Source: an uncultured Gemmatimonadales bacterium (GTDB lineage: Bacteria > Gemmatimonadota > Gemmatimonadetes > Gemmatimonadales > GWC2-71-9). From it: 64,000 nucleotides of DNA. The DNA lies in assembly GCA_963748815.1 (NCBI GenBank), contig CAVVKJ010000005.1, positions 224,001 through 288,000 of the forward strand. Reading direction: 5' to 3'. A model generated the notes under the pieces. That model saw only the letters and a list, made by a program, of their open reading frames with translations, was not told the DNA's origin and did not search any database. Positions 63,463 to 64,000 of this stretch are shown piece after piece; positions within the stretch are counted from its first letter, which is position 1; the number at the start of each line of letters is the position of its first letter. A program made the position numbers and the translations under genes.

Positions 63463-64000
63463 ATGCGCACGTCTCGCCCCGGTCGCTTCCTGCCTCGCCG
63501 CCTGCCGCCGCTCGTCGCGCTGATCTGCGCGGGGTGGGTCTCCCCCGCAGTCGCGCAGCTCGGGTTTCGCGATCTCGACCCCCTGCACCCGGTGCCGGTG
63601 GAGGACGCGAACCCGGTGGCGCGATACGCCTTCGAGGCGCTGCTCCCCTGGGACTACGCCCAGCCGGCGGGGGGCGCGGGGGTGAACGTGATCGACCTGG
63701 ATCTTGCCTACGGGGTGGCGCTGAATTGGCACGCCGGCGTGCGGCTTCCGGTCGGGCTGGGGCCGGGCGGCGAAGTTGGCCTGGCAGGGGTCGGGGCCTT
63801 TGCGCTCTACAACCCGATCCGCGAGGGCGCCGCCGTGCCCGCGGTGTCGCTGCGGGGCGACTTCTTCTCGCCGAGCGGTCTTGCAGCGCGCGGCGGCCTG
63901 ACGGCAATCGCGACGCGGAGCCTCGGAGCCGCTCGGGTGCACCTGAACCTGGGCGCGGCGATCGGCGGGGACGAGGGCGAGGACCTCCCCTGGTGGCGCG
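63463..64000 (+). CDS. Putative exported / outer-membrane protein, 5' part (runs off window)
   Basis: Own translation: MRTSRPG...VSPAVA-QLGFRDLDPLHPVPVEDANPVARYAFE..., open to window end, beta-strand-like pattern. Confidence 0.55.
   Translation, partial: MRTSRPGRFLPRRLPPLVALICAGWVSPAVAQLGFRDLDPLHPVPVEDANPVARYAFEALLPWDYAQPAGGAGVNVIDLDLAYGVALNWHAGVRLPVGLGPGGEVGLAGVGAFALYNPIREGAAVPAVSLRGDFFSPSGLAARGGLTAIATRSLGAARVHLNLGAAIGGDEGEDLPWWR

Overview
High-GC bacterial chromosomal DNA, gene-dense; gene content suggests Gemmatimonadota (inference only). No rRNA, tRNA, CRISPR array or mobile element was recognised. Main blocks: (1) ECF sigma / anti-sigma / Spy-CpxP-like / TolC-MacAB-type operon with cardiolipin synthase and a lipoprotein Rid-family protein; (2) FadL-family porin plus SGNH lipase; (3) cyclophilin, MFS, nth and a PolX-PHP lacking its polymerase aspartates; (4) hybrid histidine kinase / response regulator / RsbW-STAS fusion converging on a REC-PP2C phosphatase; (5) an ECF transporter whose degenerate ATPase motifs map to one composite site; (6) wecB and two heavily frameshifted GT4 genes; (7) the standout locus at 40.4-49.9 kb: a membrane-anchored ferredoxin plus apparently circularly permuted TrxR-like flavoprotein, divergent from an operon encoding a His-rich inner-membrane protein, a 23-heme cytochrome c, a 30(+1)-heme cytochrome c built from seven tandem 76-aa triheme repeats and an outer-membrane beta-barrel, i.e. 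a candidate trans-envelope electron conduit; (8) dacB, acyl-CoA dehydrogenase, yitJ-like and metH under a SAM-II riboswitch, yggT/yggU, soluble acyl-ACP desaturase, GNAT, YfcC. Several intact-looking genes carry single-base insertions, most likely assembly errors. All assignments are by eye from motifs; no searches were run.
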